A DNA stretch of 64,000 bases from Octopus bimaculoides. Lineage: Eukaryota. The notes under the pieces were generated by a model. The model ran no database searches. It was given only the letters and a program-made list of their open reading frames with translations, and had not been told where the DNA came from. Below, piece by piece: positions 25,701 to 38,868 of this stretch. Every line of letters starts with the position of its first letter. The stretch's first letter is position 1. The stretch is from positions 109,690,907 through 109,754,906 of the forward strand of contig NC_068983.1 in assembly GCF_001194135.2 (NCBI RefSeq). Reading direction: 5' to 3'. The position numbers and the translations under genes were made by a program.

Positions 25701-27740
25701 GAATAAATAGGAAGCTATGAATGAAAACAAATAGCTCTTTTATTGTGCCATGACATAAAAAAGTGAGTGGTGGGAAAGGAATAGGTTTGGCATAATCAGT
25801 ACTAAATGAAAAGTTTGGATGAAATCTACAAAGTGTATTTAAGCATTCACATAGTATATGTTATAAATATATTAGACTCTTTTGTATTACACAAAGGATG
25901 AGGAAACATTAGAAAGTATTTTGCTTTATCTTAGACCAACATTAATTGTGAAAACATTAAAAGATTACATTTCTGCTTTCTTTTTTTTTTTTGCAAATCT
26001 GAAAAATAGTATGAATCTGACTTTAGCTCATTCTGGTATATATTATATAATCAATACAGAAGCAAAAGTTTGAAATATGAAGAAAAGGCACTAAATATTT
26101 TTTTTTTAAATGGCAAATAAGGTGATAGTTGATAGTGCCAAACTTTCAACATTCAAAGCAAACAATAGGTTGTGAGGACAATGAATTATCCTAAGAGGAA
26201 ATGAGCAACGAAAGAAGAATAAGATAAACACCAGGTTATATTGTTGATTATAAACAAATTCAGTATTGTATAGTTATACTATTGTATTGAAGGTATTTCT
26301 GGGGAAAGAACTAAATATTATAACCAATATATGCAATAATAGAATAATGATCAATTACATTACCAGTATAATAAATATGGTATTTTCTTAAGACTCATCA
26401 GTTGTTTACTTTCACAAGGCAAAAAGCTACAATGTAGTCACTTACTCAGATTTAAATATCAGATTAATTTAACACAAATTGCACTCTACCTGTCTATAAA
26501 AAAAAAAGAAGACAATGTAGTCCTGATATATAAAATGGCAGGATGGTCATGGATGGAATATCTTTTATCACGCATCTATTCAATCAGAGCTGTTTGGGAG
26601 GTAAAAAAACAACAACAACAATGAGATATTTTCTGATGCTGAAGAAAACTAGAAACTTCTTCAAAAGTTCATAATTTCACTTCACATTGCTTTAGATGTG
26701 AATATATCAAACATCAAACTATTTATTTATGAACATGAATAAACACTAATGAAATAAATAGCTGGTACTTTTGTTTTGAAAGGCAAAATATTTCAGCAGC
26801 AAATTCCACTGTACAAAGATATGACTTATCAGTTGTTGATAGACTGGTATGTGCAGTAATGTAATTATTTGTTCATGCATTACTGATTAATTGTATTGTT
26901 TATTGTTTTGAACCTTACAGGCAGCAGCAAATTAGTGTTACTCAAGTAATATTGATAATTTTACTCACTTCATTATATTTCAAAAAGAAATTTCAACATC
27001 AATAGAAAATGTTTAGCTTTCTTTTTAATTTAATTTATTTTATATCAGATTATGTGAAAAACAGTGTCGTTGGTTATAGATTTTCTACAGGTCAATCACT
27101 AGTTCATTGCATTTACAATGTCAAGAGTAACAATGAAGCACCTACACAACTCAAGTGGAACAGCTACCACAGGGTACTTTTGTTTGAAAGCATCAGCTTA
27201 TTGGTTTTCTAGTTAGTATTTATAACTTCCACTGATGTATATCACAAATATATTTGTGAACATGTGTGTGTGTATGAGTATATATGTGTGTATACATGTA
27301 TACACACACAGTCTCCATATGCTAAGTTCCACTAACAATGCTTTGGTCAACCTGAGGCTATGGTAGTGGGATAAAACCTGGAAACACATAGCTGAAAAGT
27401 AAAATTTTTAAATTCAAAGTCATGACTGCACTTATTTTGACTTGATAACAATGTTTATTTCTGATATTGGAATAAACAAAAATTGACCTCAGAACTAGTA
27501 ATTTACTTTGTTGATCCAGAAAATGTAAGAGGCAAGGTCGATCTTGAAAAGATTTCAACTTAGAACATAAAAGGCTTTAAGTAAATAGCACAAGGTAACT
27601 TGACCATCAATCTAATGACTCTGTGAATCTGCTTTCCCTATTACAAGTCCAAAATTAATGATATATTCTCAAAAACGAACAATATCTGCTTATAAACATT
27701 TTAAAATTAAATATCATTGATTGAAATAATTCAATATATA

Positions 27741-27910
27741 GGCGCAGGAGTGGCTGTGTGTTAAGTAGCTTGCTTACCAACCACATAGTTTCCAGGTTCA
27801 GTCCCACTGTGTGGCACCTTGGGCAACTGTCTTCTGCTATAGCCTCGGGCGGACCAAAGACTTGTGAGCGGATTTGGTAGACAGAAACTGAAAGAAGCCC
27901 GTCGTATATA

Positions 27911-27988
<78 letters not shown>

Positions 27989-28190
27989 TGTTTGTTTGTC
28001 TGTGCTTGTCCCCCTAGCATTGCTTGACAACCGATGCTGGTGTGTTTATGTCCCCGTAACTTAACAGTTCGGATAAAGAGACCGATAGAATAAGTACTAG
28101 GCTTACAAAGAATAAGTCCCGGGCTCGATTTGCTTGACTAAAGGCGGTGCTCCAGCATGGCCACAGTCAAATGACTGAAACAGGTAAAAT
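27741..28190 (+). mobile_element. Full-length tRNA-derived SINE family A with internal (TG)n
   Basis: GGCGCAGGAGTGGCTGTGTG (A-box-like), GGTTCAGTCCC (B-box-like), central microsatellite, A-rich end; four other copies in the window. Confidence 0.88.
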
Positions 28191-28430
28191 AAAAAATTTT
28201 AAAAATAAATATATTTTTATCTCTAATATTAATTTCCCTTTATAAGGCACAAGAGCAATTTTTGTGGGATAGATGTTATAGATGATTAAAGTAATCCCAG
28301 TATATTTGAACAAAAACAAAAATTAAAACCAATGGAGATTTAATGTCAGAATAAAAATATATACCTCGATGTTAGAGTGTGTCTGTAAATCAACCATCTT
28401 ATTTTTGCTTCTATTATGATCTTGATTTAA

Positions 28431-28642
28431 GGAGGTTAGCTAGCAAAATCATTAGCATGTCAGGTATAAATGCTTAGCATCATTTCGTCTGTCTTTACAT
28501 TCTGAGTTTGAATTCTACCAAGGTCAATTTTGCCTTTCATCCTTTTGGAGTTGATAAATTAAGTTCCAGTTGAGCATTGGAGTCAATGTAATCAACCTAT
28601 TCCCTGCTCTGAAATTGCTAGCCTTGTGCCAAAATTTGAAGC
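28431..28642 (+). mobile_element. tRNA-derived SINE family B
   Basis: TAGCAAAATCATTAGC head, GAGTTTGAATTC B-box-like, TTGCCTTTCATCCTTTTGGAGTTGATAAATTAAGTTCCAGT core. Confidence 0.75.
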
Positions 28643-29450
28643 CAATATTAGGCTCTTAATTTCACATTCTGCTACTTACTTTTCAGACTCAAGTTCAATG
28701 AATATATTATTCTGTAGTATGCTTGCAAAGTTGAATAAATGAACATTTGTCAGGATATTACCGGTTAATCTGAGTATTTATACAGCTATTTCTTTGCAAG
28801 TTAAAAGCAGACAGTAAAACAGTAGCATAGCTCAAAAATAAGCAAGAGAGCAAACACTTCTCATGAGTACATTTTTTGAAAGTGGTTTCTTTTCAAAAAT
28901 TGCTTTTATTCTTAGGTTTACTTATTGGATAAAAGTCAAAACTCATTGTTTTTATTGCAAGACCTTAAGTTACAGAAGAATTTTCTAAACTCATTACTTT
29001 ATTTGATTAACTTTCCAGTGTTTTCAACTGTCTACTCTACTTTGTTGCATTGGAGTTTCATCTTTCTTACATCACAAACCACAATCCCAGTAATTTTAAT
29101 TTTGATATATTGAAAAATGAAATTAATGAATATGGAATGCAATTATGTATACACAGCAGTTCACCAAGCAAAAGTCTGAACCTGGCTCTTGTTGATTCAC
29201 TTCCCTAAAGCTGACTGTTTTTAGTACTTTTTCTGTGCCTGTTAAGCATTGATTCACTTGTTCAGATTACTGATCAATCAGCAATTAGAAATTATATAAC
29301 CCCAAAGCACCTTCAGTTTTCCACTAATATTACATGACCCTAAAGCACGTATATTATTCCACTATATTATATAAGGATATTAGAGTTCACTTTCTTTAGA
29401 AAGATCATTTACCAGTCACAAGCTATCATTCTTGGCTAGCAACAAAAATG

Positions 29451-29490
<40 letters not shown>

Positions 29491-30819
29491 TCTCTCTCAC
29501 TCTTTTTTCTTACCCCTCTCTCTCTATCTATTTCTCATTCACTCTCTCATCCTCTCTCACTCATTTTCATTTGCTTTGACCACATGTTGTGATTAGCTTC
29601 AATATATCTATATTACATTTATACCTTTCTCTCAATCACTTTAACTGCATGCTGAAATAAGCTCCAACAGATTCTGCATTAGCACTAAAGAGACTAACAG
29701 ATCCAGCACTCACTAACTGAAAGATTGTTTAGCCAAAGAGAGAAACTATCAGTATCAGAGAACTTGAACACACTATAGTTCAATTTAAATACAAATTTCC
29801 ATTCCTACTTCTGGCACTCTCATTACATTTAAAACTTTTTGATTCTTTCCAAGGATTTTTATATGCTCCCATAGTATAAAACTGTGTTATTTCACTGCTA
29901 ATTTGACTGTATATATTGTTTATACGCTGTAAGATATTCTATTGTAATCAATATTATTTTGTCTTGTTTTACATATATACCTTCGTTTCTATGGTTTACA
30001 CACAGTATTAGATCATTGTTGCTGATAAAAAAACTGTGTTCAGTTAACAAAATATTTTTGAGTTTTCACAGGTAGATACATACATGCATGTATTACTTTT
30101 CTCTATATTTTTTTGCATATTTATAGACGGCTTTGCATAAATAAGCATTATGTCTTTCAGTCTTTTTTCACATTATTTTTATCAATAATTTTGTAACCTA
30201 CCAATATTTACTAAATGTAATATAAGTAAAGATATATTTTCTGTAATATGAAAGAAATGACAATGAGTGCATCTTTGGTCAGTTCATTTGCTGGTAACTG
30301 AAAGTCAAGGTTAAACCAAGGATCACTGCACCAAATCTAATTATGAAATATGCTTCTCACATGCTGATACTATAATTCTTAGGAATGCCATTGATAAAAT
30401 TACTAAAATGTAGTAACTATCTGGCTGGAACAGAGAAAGGATGACAAAAGTTACAAATCAAGAATAGAAACATCAAAATGTCAGAGATTAAATTTCTACT
30501 TTTCATTTGGTAAGCACAAAACCTCTGCTGCACCAGAGGAGGAGCCTTTTGAAGACTTGCTTCTTACTTTCAGTCCAGGTGATAAAGACAGTACTCAGAA
30601 AACTCAAATTGCTCCTAAGGTGAAATTCTTGAAAGATTCGCTAGAACATTTTCAACTTAAGGGCCAGGTGTTCGCCAAAAATACTAATATGAGATAACTC
30701 ATTCAATCAGGGGACCAGGAGAACTTGATATTTAAAAGAGAAAGGAAGGAGAAGGAGAAATTGGATCCAAAGAGATGTTCAAGTATAAAGTTGTGCTCAG
30801 ATAAAATCTATTTGGACTA

Positions 30820-31215
30820 GAAGGAGAATGGGAAATATCTACATACCTCTCAGACTGATGCAAAAACTATCCAGATTTTATCAACATGAAAGGACAAAGA
30901 CCAGATATTGTCCTATACTTGAAATCAGGTGCCAGAATCATCTTTGTTGAGCTGACAGTCCCTTCTAAGAATCAAGTAGATGAACGATAACAGTATATGA
31001 TGAAGAAATATGAGGAGCTTGTGAAAGAGGTGACAAAAAAGGGGGCATCATTGCACTGTACAGGCAGAGGAAATTAGTGCAAGAAGGTTGGTTGCAGTCT
31101 CCATGAGCCAGCTATTAGGTCAGCTTGGAACCAAAGGTCATATAAAAATAACAATGATGAAACATCTGTCACAGACAGTTGAGAAGAGATTAATGTGCTA
31201 TGGGCAAAGAAAAGA
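30820..31215 (+). mobile_element. Degenerate R2-superfamily LINE C-terminus (restriction-like endonuclease, HERO/NeSL-like)
   Basis: NYPDFINMKGQRPDIVLYLKSGARIIFVELTVPSKNQVDER*QYMMKKYEELVKE; after a frameshift, EEISARRLVAVSMSQLLGQLG...HLSQTVEK. Confidence 0.8.
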
Positions 31216-31698
31216 TAATTGGATCTGAAAAAGAATACTATAAGCTGTTAAACAGAGAATAGAAGAGAAAAGGACCTCAGTTTGAAACAGACTCACATTG
31301 CAAGTTCTTTTGGTTGTCTTCATGGCTGGGCAGTATACATCAGAGTTAAGGGAAATAGAATCACTTGAAGGTTCTGGATTCAATCTCAACTAAAATAACA
31401 TTTCAAAAAACAGTAGGAGAACATTAGGAGTCATAACCTAGGTAGGCCAAGCTCCCTTAGCATGTCAGAAACAAATGAACTGAAAAATTTGCTTGACAGG
31501 AGTCCTTCCAATGAAGATTTCTCCTGCGGTTTGCTCGCCCCATGATGAGTTTCCATTTAATTACTGGGACAGTATTCATTATGGAGATATCAAAATTCAA
31601 CCTATCTCAGCTCAAGCATACAAAATGGTCTGAAGCAGTCCTTAACTATTCAAGTGTTATCAAGGATGATGTTTAAAATCAAAGTGGTTAAATTACTT

Positions 31699-31844
31699 TG
31701 AAAAAAGAATATAAATATTAGTTATGAGATGAAAACTTAACCAAATGCTCAAATAAGTTCTTTTGGCTAACATCAGATGAACATAACAATTTCATATATC
31801 AAATATATACAAAACATAATGTGTTAGCTAAATGAACACAAAAA
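31699..31844 (+). repeat. ~145-bp segment duplicated at 35062-35206
   Basis: 3 substitutions and 1 indel between the copies. Confidence 0.9.
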
Positions 31845-33490
31845 GAGACAAGATCAGAATTGACAAATTTTCTTTATCTCTGTAACATTTCAATGATGCC
31901 CTAGAATGATTTTACAATTCAGGGAATTATTAGAAAAAAAAAACCCTAAATATTTTCTCAATAATATTTTTCATAGTGTACTTCCAAACATTGGGCTGGC
32001 AATAATTATGTATTATAGTCTATTACACTCTAGAGCAGTACCATGGCAGACAAAGATTTGAGCAGTTGCTCCAAGTACACACTTCTATATACTCCTGCAT
32101 ATAATTTAAATTTGGTTCTATTTGATATTCAAAATCAATTTGTTTCTTTTTTTTTTTTAACTCTAGAAAATATCTATACTTTTCTCTCCTGTAGTTTACC
32201 TCATCTTTCAGTACCAATAGAGTAATAATGGAATGTGATCAAATATCTTGCATGAACTCTAAAAACATTTTTATGATAATAAATGAGCTTTAGTAATATA
32301 GGCAATCTTGCAGAATTTATTATCATTAGTAACTGCTTTGCAAAGAATTCATGTCTGTGAGATAAAATCTGCACTCATAAGTAGCTTACAAAACAAAACA
32401 GCATATCCTGAAAACACTCAGCATTTATGAAAGTTTTAGTTGCTCTTGTATGTGGATTAAAGTACCAGACAAAACTTTTGGTTTATATGCATATTTACAG
32501 AAAAATAGTCTAGAATTTTAACAGCTTCTCTTATCTTTTCGAAAAATATTTGAAAATATGTAAAATCAGTAAGAATAATCTCAATTAAAACAATGAAATT
32601 GAAGCATCTGAGCTGGATAAAAAAAATGAGATATTAATACAGAATCAAAGCAGCACAGAGAAGGTAAAAGTAAAGGATTCTATGATTAAATAGAAGAGGA
32701 TTAAAGAATATTTGATGCTTAAAGGAAATTCATGGCTGAATCTTAGTGTCTTTAAATTCTAATATGAATAACAGAGATAAAGTATTTGAGCATTTTAAAA
32801 ATATGGATTCCAGATTTACTGCACTAAATCCAAAACATTTTGACAACACAGATAATGTGAACATGTTAAAATTTTTAGGAGACATTTACTCAGAGGTCTT
32901 CCACAAACTAAAATCATGCAAGAATTTTGGTTATTTGAAGACATATACAAAGAAATAAAGAGTACCAACAGTAAGACAAATTCAAGCATTAAGAAAATTA
33001 CTGTCAATTTATGATCTTTAATCTCATATGTTCCATTTATCATACTGTGTACCACGTTGTTTTCACCTTACTAGTATCTAGCACAGTTGTAGAGTGATCC
33101 TTTAATCGGCTAAGACACAAAGTGCTTCATTCTACAATGGGCAACAGTAGGTTGCCAGGATTAACTTTGCTCTCTGCTTGTTGAAAGAGACTTAGCTGCT
33201 GAAGAGTTCTATAATAAATAGATAACTTTGTTAAAATGAAACCTAGATGAAAGAGATTGTTGTAGTTCCTTTATATATTTTTCACATTGTTTGTTTTCAT
33301 TTTTACCTTTAAAATTAAAATGATCAAATAATGCAGCAGTTTATATTATGTTTTAAAATTTTGAGTTTATGTAAAATATTTTTTAAGTGTTTTAATTTTA
33401 AATGCAAAATGAATATTTTCTGTGTATCATTATCATCATCATTAAAAATTGCATTTTTCTTGTGCTTTGTGTTTAGTGAGTTTTAAGCGT

Positions 33491-33523
<33 letters not shown>

Positions 33524-33849
33524 TGAGTCTAGAAATTTTTGGTATGTGCCATGGCACTTTTTTATATGCTTGCTCCCCCAAACATTAAAACCAAGCTATG
33601 TTACTAAGGAAAACCATTATTCTCCACTTAGAAATTCCTAAATTCTGATGTAAAGCAATTTGCTCTCATCTAGCAATTTATTTTCAAAATCTCTGTTTTG
33701 ATTCTTACTAATTCCATGTAGTTTTCAACACATACAGCACCGCTAATTTATTCCTGTCTGATCAGAAAGGAAATGCAGTTAACATAAGGAAAAAAAAATA
33801 AGATTCATCAAAGATCATTGTTATTCAACTTCTATCAATAAAAATCACC

Positions 33850-33985
33850 AAGCAACAGATCAGACAGTAGTTCACCTTCCTGCCATCATTTAGATATTAC
33901 AGAAGAATTCATACCTTCATGACAAAGTTCAAGAGCAATTTTTTTCTCAGGAGCTGTCACACAGCTGAACACCAATATAGGTCTA
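33850..33985 (+). mobile_element. Possible Rex/Babar- or CR1-group LINE 3' ORF remnant
   Basis: Frameshifted RRIHTFMTKFKSNFF-GAVTQLN, resembling RRYRSxxTRTxRxKNSFFPxAxxLLN. Confidence 0.3.
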
Positions 33986-35061
33986 ACACATGTATGGATA
34001 AAACAATAAAATCATGTTATTATTTTATTGTTGCATAATTATGATGTTTAAATGTGTTTTCATTTTATATGTACAGTGTTTTGCTGTTTTTATGTTTTGA
34101 TGTTTCTACAGCTTTGGTTGCAATCTAATTTTCATTAAATTTAAATACAATGCAAATAAATTGAACTGATTCAAAATTATACACTCCTTTCCGGACAAAC
34201 TAGCATTTTTCTTTGAACTAGCTATAGGCTACCATTTGTTCCTATATAAAAATAGTAGAGAAAGATTAAGAAACATTTTTTAGAGCAATAGCTAACATAT
34301 AAGTTAAATACAAAAAGATTAACTGAAACTTTGTATTTGTAATTGATAACTTAATTAGCATTAAGAAATCAAATAAATGAAAAAAACACTTAAGTGAAAA
34401 CTGTTGCATAAATTAAAAAAGGAATTTGCTTTTTTATAAGCTCTAAACAATTACACATAATAGATTTCCAAATCAACCATTTATAAAATAAATCAACAAA
34501 TAATAGATATTTAACTGACATATTTATTATACATTTTATAAGAGAATGTGTGCATGTAAAAAACAGATTTTTTCATACAATATATGAATGTTGTAGTGAA
34601 ACAATTCAGTGATTATATTATTTGTTAAAAGAACTATGTAGGGGAAGTGGTATATAAATAAACATTGGATAAAGCAGATAACTAAACTATTCTGAATAGT
34701 TATGTTATAAAAAGAGTAAAAAATCTAATCAAATAGAATGCAAAAAATATTTTCCAATGTAGAGAGAACATCAATAGGCTCAAAAATATTATTTCAAGCC
34801 ATTTTTAGACAGATTCAGAGTGTTGTTGATTCATATAAAGACAAGATGTCATTATGATTCATTTAATATAGCAAACACATTAGAAAACTATAAATGATAT
34901 GCAAACATTTATTATAAAATACTAATCAAAATACTGAAATCATTTTGATTAGCGAAGGTTGGGATAATTTAAAATGTCAGACATACGTATGTGTGTGTAT
35001 GTGTGTATATATGCATATGTATGTATGTAAATATCAAGAATGTATTAGTTCCCTAGATAGA

Positions 35062-35206
35062 TGAAAAAAGAATATAAATATTAGTTATGAAATGAAAACT
35101 TAACCAAATGCTCAAATAAGTTTTTTGGCTAACATCAGATGAATATAACAATTTCATATATCAAATATATACAAAACATAATGTGTTAGCTAAATGAATA
35201 CAAAAA
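35062..35206 (+). repeat. Second copy of 31699-31844
   Basis: See 31699-31844. Confidence 0.9.
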
Positions 35207-35849
35207 TTTACAGGAAAAAAGCAAACCAATAATTCATGTGACTGAAAAGATGGTAAAGTTTGCTCAGGTGTTAAATTCATGATTTGGTGAATAGTAATTT
35301 TAGAATAATTATGTGAATTATGATTAACTCAGTTAATCACAATGTTAATCATTTGTAGAGTACTTAGAGAATAACATTTTGTGGGTACATATGGCCACAT
35401 GATGTAATTAAAAAAATGATATAAAATTTTTCTAAATATTATGAAAAAGATGGTTTTATTGGTATTTAACATAAATGTCCATTAATTAGATGAATTTTAT
35501 AAAGCAGAATGTCTCACCTAGAGATAAATATTTATCTTAAAACAGGACAGATGCTTGTTGTGATCTAGATGTGCTGAGATTATTCATAGCTTAGAAACAT
35601 ATCACATAGCTGTAACTACTAAGTATCTTTTTAAGTGGATGACTTTGTATTAACAAAAGCAATATTTTATTAATGTATGTAGCTTAGCAAGTAAACATTT
35701 TATATTTGAATAAATACAGAATCCTTTTTATCATTCAGTTTCAGAAGTGTAGCCCCTATAGCCCTTCCAGGAATTGCAAGAATAGAAGATAGTTTTAACA
35801 TTGGTAGGTCTTTAACCTTAGGGGCTTTCATGATGGTTTCACTATTTTG

Positions 35850-36170
35850 TTTGAACCTCAGTAGCCAGACAGCTGGAGGAAACTGTGAACAAGAAAGAAG
35901 TTTCAGGAGGAATAGAGATCTGAGAACTAGGTAGGGTGAGACAAGAGGAGAATAAAGGAAAAAGGAGGGATAAAAATAAAGGGTACAAATGTGTTTTGGC
36001 CAGGTTGGTAGAGTGTTGGTTAGTTCTAAGAAGCAGACACCATTGTAATAATGACCGAAAACAGAGAAAGCATCACAATGGTGATTAAAGTATTGGTGAG
36101 TGAAAGCTTTATATATCATGCAGAAGGTGGCCATAAACTTTTGCCTTGTAAAAGGTCTACAACTGTTCAA
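35850..36170 (-). mobile_element. Possible degenerate CR1/Jockey-group LINE 3' ORF remnant
   Basis: NHHCDAFSVFGHYYNGVCFLELTNTLP resembles the HRRxVASLSLFYRYYNGxCSxELxxxxP tail motif. Confidence 0.4.
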
Positions 36171-38048
36171 ACAAAAAAGGAAACTTACTCTATTATGCAG
36201 TCTTAGTGAAATAGAGTCAACTGTCTAATCTTTATCAATAAGAAGAGAGTATCAATAGGTGAACAGCTTCACTGATTTGGGATATGATCTTGAAATTGTA
36301 TGTATTCCTAAGAGGTAGATGAACTTCGTTAAAGAATAATGTGCTTTTCTTAAAAACACTACAAAACACATGCAGTAAATATTTAGTTCATAATGGTAAC
36401 CCAATAAAATATCCATTTTGCAATTTCACCTTTACAATTTCTATACAATCAATACATTTAAGAGTTACTGGTAGGGCAAAGGAAGATGAGTCTCAGTTTT
36501 CAATCTAGATATTAAAAGAAAACCAAATGGGGATAGTTTTAATAGATAATCACCCTTGTAAGATTTAATTTTTGAGAAAATTTATTTCCTGATTTGTTTT
36601 TAGTCGTGATATTTAGACCATAAATTGATTAGACAGTGGAAATTACAAGAATTAAGAAACACATGATTTTGCAGTGAAATTTTTAAAATTTATATTTTTA
36701 GAGAATTAATTTTACATATTACTGTGATACAAGAGCAAAATAATTTTAAATAATAAATTAAAAAATGCATTTTTAAGATGATAGAACATAAAAGAAACTC
36801 CTAAAGACACAAATATTTATTTCATAAAATTAAAATAGCCAATAATTCAATTAAACACAATTTTCCTGCTTTCTTTGCATTATTGATTTTCTCAACATCA
36901 TGCCTCTGTTCTACATTGAGTTCAGTGTAAAAATATAATTCATCTATGCAAAGAGAATAAGAGAGGAAAATATTTCTAATTTCTGCTATAGAAGTTTGAA
37001 AACATATTCCTAACATGGTATGATTAGAACCTCTAATGTTCTGCCCTTGGTCCTGTACACTTCAAAATTTATATTTAATATTTTATATCTTATTTTGAAA
37101 ATCTTTATCTAAGTTTCCACTTAAGCACTTTACATCTCTAACCAATTCCAGACACTTTCAATGTACTTTAACAACATTAATAAACAGAGAAAATGATCAC
37201 TACATTAAGTTATTTCCCATAAAATCTGAAATAATGTTTCCCTCAGATATATGTGATGAGTTTATTGTTGAAAATACTTCACTAACACAAATATATCACT
37301 TGTCCACTAAGACAAAAAAAAGTGTTATATGGGACCTTCAGTCACCATATATGACCTTCAACTATCATATCAATAAGATACAAGATGATCTTTAACCTAT
37401 ACTCTATTCAACAACAAAATTTCAGAATATTGATCATCTGAGTTAAAAGAGCTAGGTAAGTTCAAAATGCCATGAAGAATGGAAGAAGCAGTTTAATTCC
37501 TTTTAGTATAAATTATGATTTCAGTTCATAAATTTTTTTTAAATGTTTGAATGTATCCTTTTAAGATTAATGACAATATCAGTTTTTGATAAATTATTCA
37601 GCACAATATGCAACTCTTTATGACTGTGGTATAAAACAATAGAATGATGATAAATAAAACATATTACGCATTAATTCTATTGTCAATTTCTTTATAAAGC
37701 AATATTACAGTTTTGCATATAATATATAGTACATCTAATTTCAGTACTGACATTATACTACTAAAAGTAAGGATGCATAATGATTAATAAATATTTTATT
37801 TATTTCTTTTGATGGTTTATCTGGAAGAAAGGGTCATGCTCATAGTCTCTGCAATCCTTCAGAGATTAGAAATAGCTGCCAAATCTCTCAAACCACATTC
37901 TACTGTCTGAAACAATGAAATGACAAATTGGATAGGTCAGCGGAATCAGTACTGACTTGGTGTTGAACAACAACTTCTTCCACCTTCCTATCCAGAGTCA
38001 TCTGTCAACAAAAACACGAATTAACTTGAAATAGAATAAATAAAACGG

Positions 38049-38868
38049 TTTTAAATCTCTGAGCAAGAACTATGTAACAACAGTACTGTACAGTAAAGTC
38101 CATTTGCCAATACAATATGGCAGTCCTACACAGGACAATGTTACTACTTTTTAGCCCCAGGAAAATATCTTTTCCAGATGGCTACCGAAACATGGTCTGG
38201 GTCCGTATATTGTGAGCAAGGGAGTTTATTGCTCTCTTTCTAGCCTTAGTGATACCTGTAGACCAACGGTTTCTGGGTTATTTTCATTCCTTAGTACAGG
38301 ACAATTGCTGGCTAGAGATGGCAGCCACTTGACCTTGTTCACAGTATATACTTTAAAAGCAACACACAGTTGCTGATCTCGTAAAGAGAAAAGCAACTAG
38401 TTCTAAATCTCTGAGTGAGAACTATATAATAACAGTACTATACAGTAAACTCTATATGCCAACACAATGTAGCAGTCCTATACAGGAGATGTTACTACTT
38501 TTTAGCCCCAAGAAAACATCTTTTCTAGCAGGCTACTGACACATGGTCTGTGTCTATATACTGTGAGCAAGGGAGTTTATTGCTCCCTTTCTAGCCTTAG
38601 CGATACCTGTAGACCAATGGTTTCTGGGTTATTTCTCTTCCTCATTACAGGTCAACTGTTGGTTAGAGATAGCAGCCACTCGACCTTGCTCACAGTATAT
38701 ACTTTTAAACACGGTCACTGATCTTGTAAAGAGTAAAGCAACTAGTTTTAAATCTCTGAGTGAGAACTATGTAGTAACAGTACTGTACAGTAAAGTATAT
38801 TTGCCAACACAATGTGGTAGTCCTACTTTTTAGCCCCAGGAAAACATCTTTTGGTCTGTGTCCGTATA
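38049..38868 (+). repeat. Tandem array of a ~350-bp unit (two full units and one partial)
   Basis: Units start TT(T/C)TAAATCTCTGAG at 38049, 38401 and 38746; the third ends at GTCCGTATA and has two internal deletions. Confidence 0.93.

Noticed and set aside
27741-27830. tRNA genes at the SINE heads (also 1900-1972, 61190-61265, 63600-63662)
   Set aside because: A/B boxes are present but there is no complete cloverleaf, and each continues into repeat body sequence.
38049-38868. Tandem array as CRISPR or ribozyme array
   Set aside because: Eukaryotic context, ~350-bp units without unique spacers, and no CUGANGA/GAAA core in either orientation.
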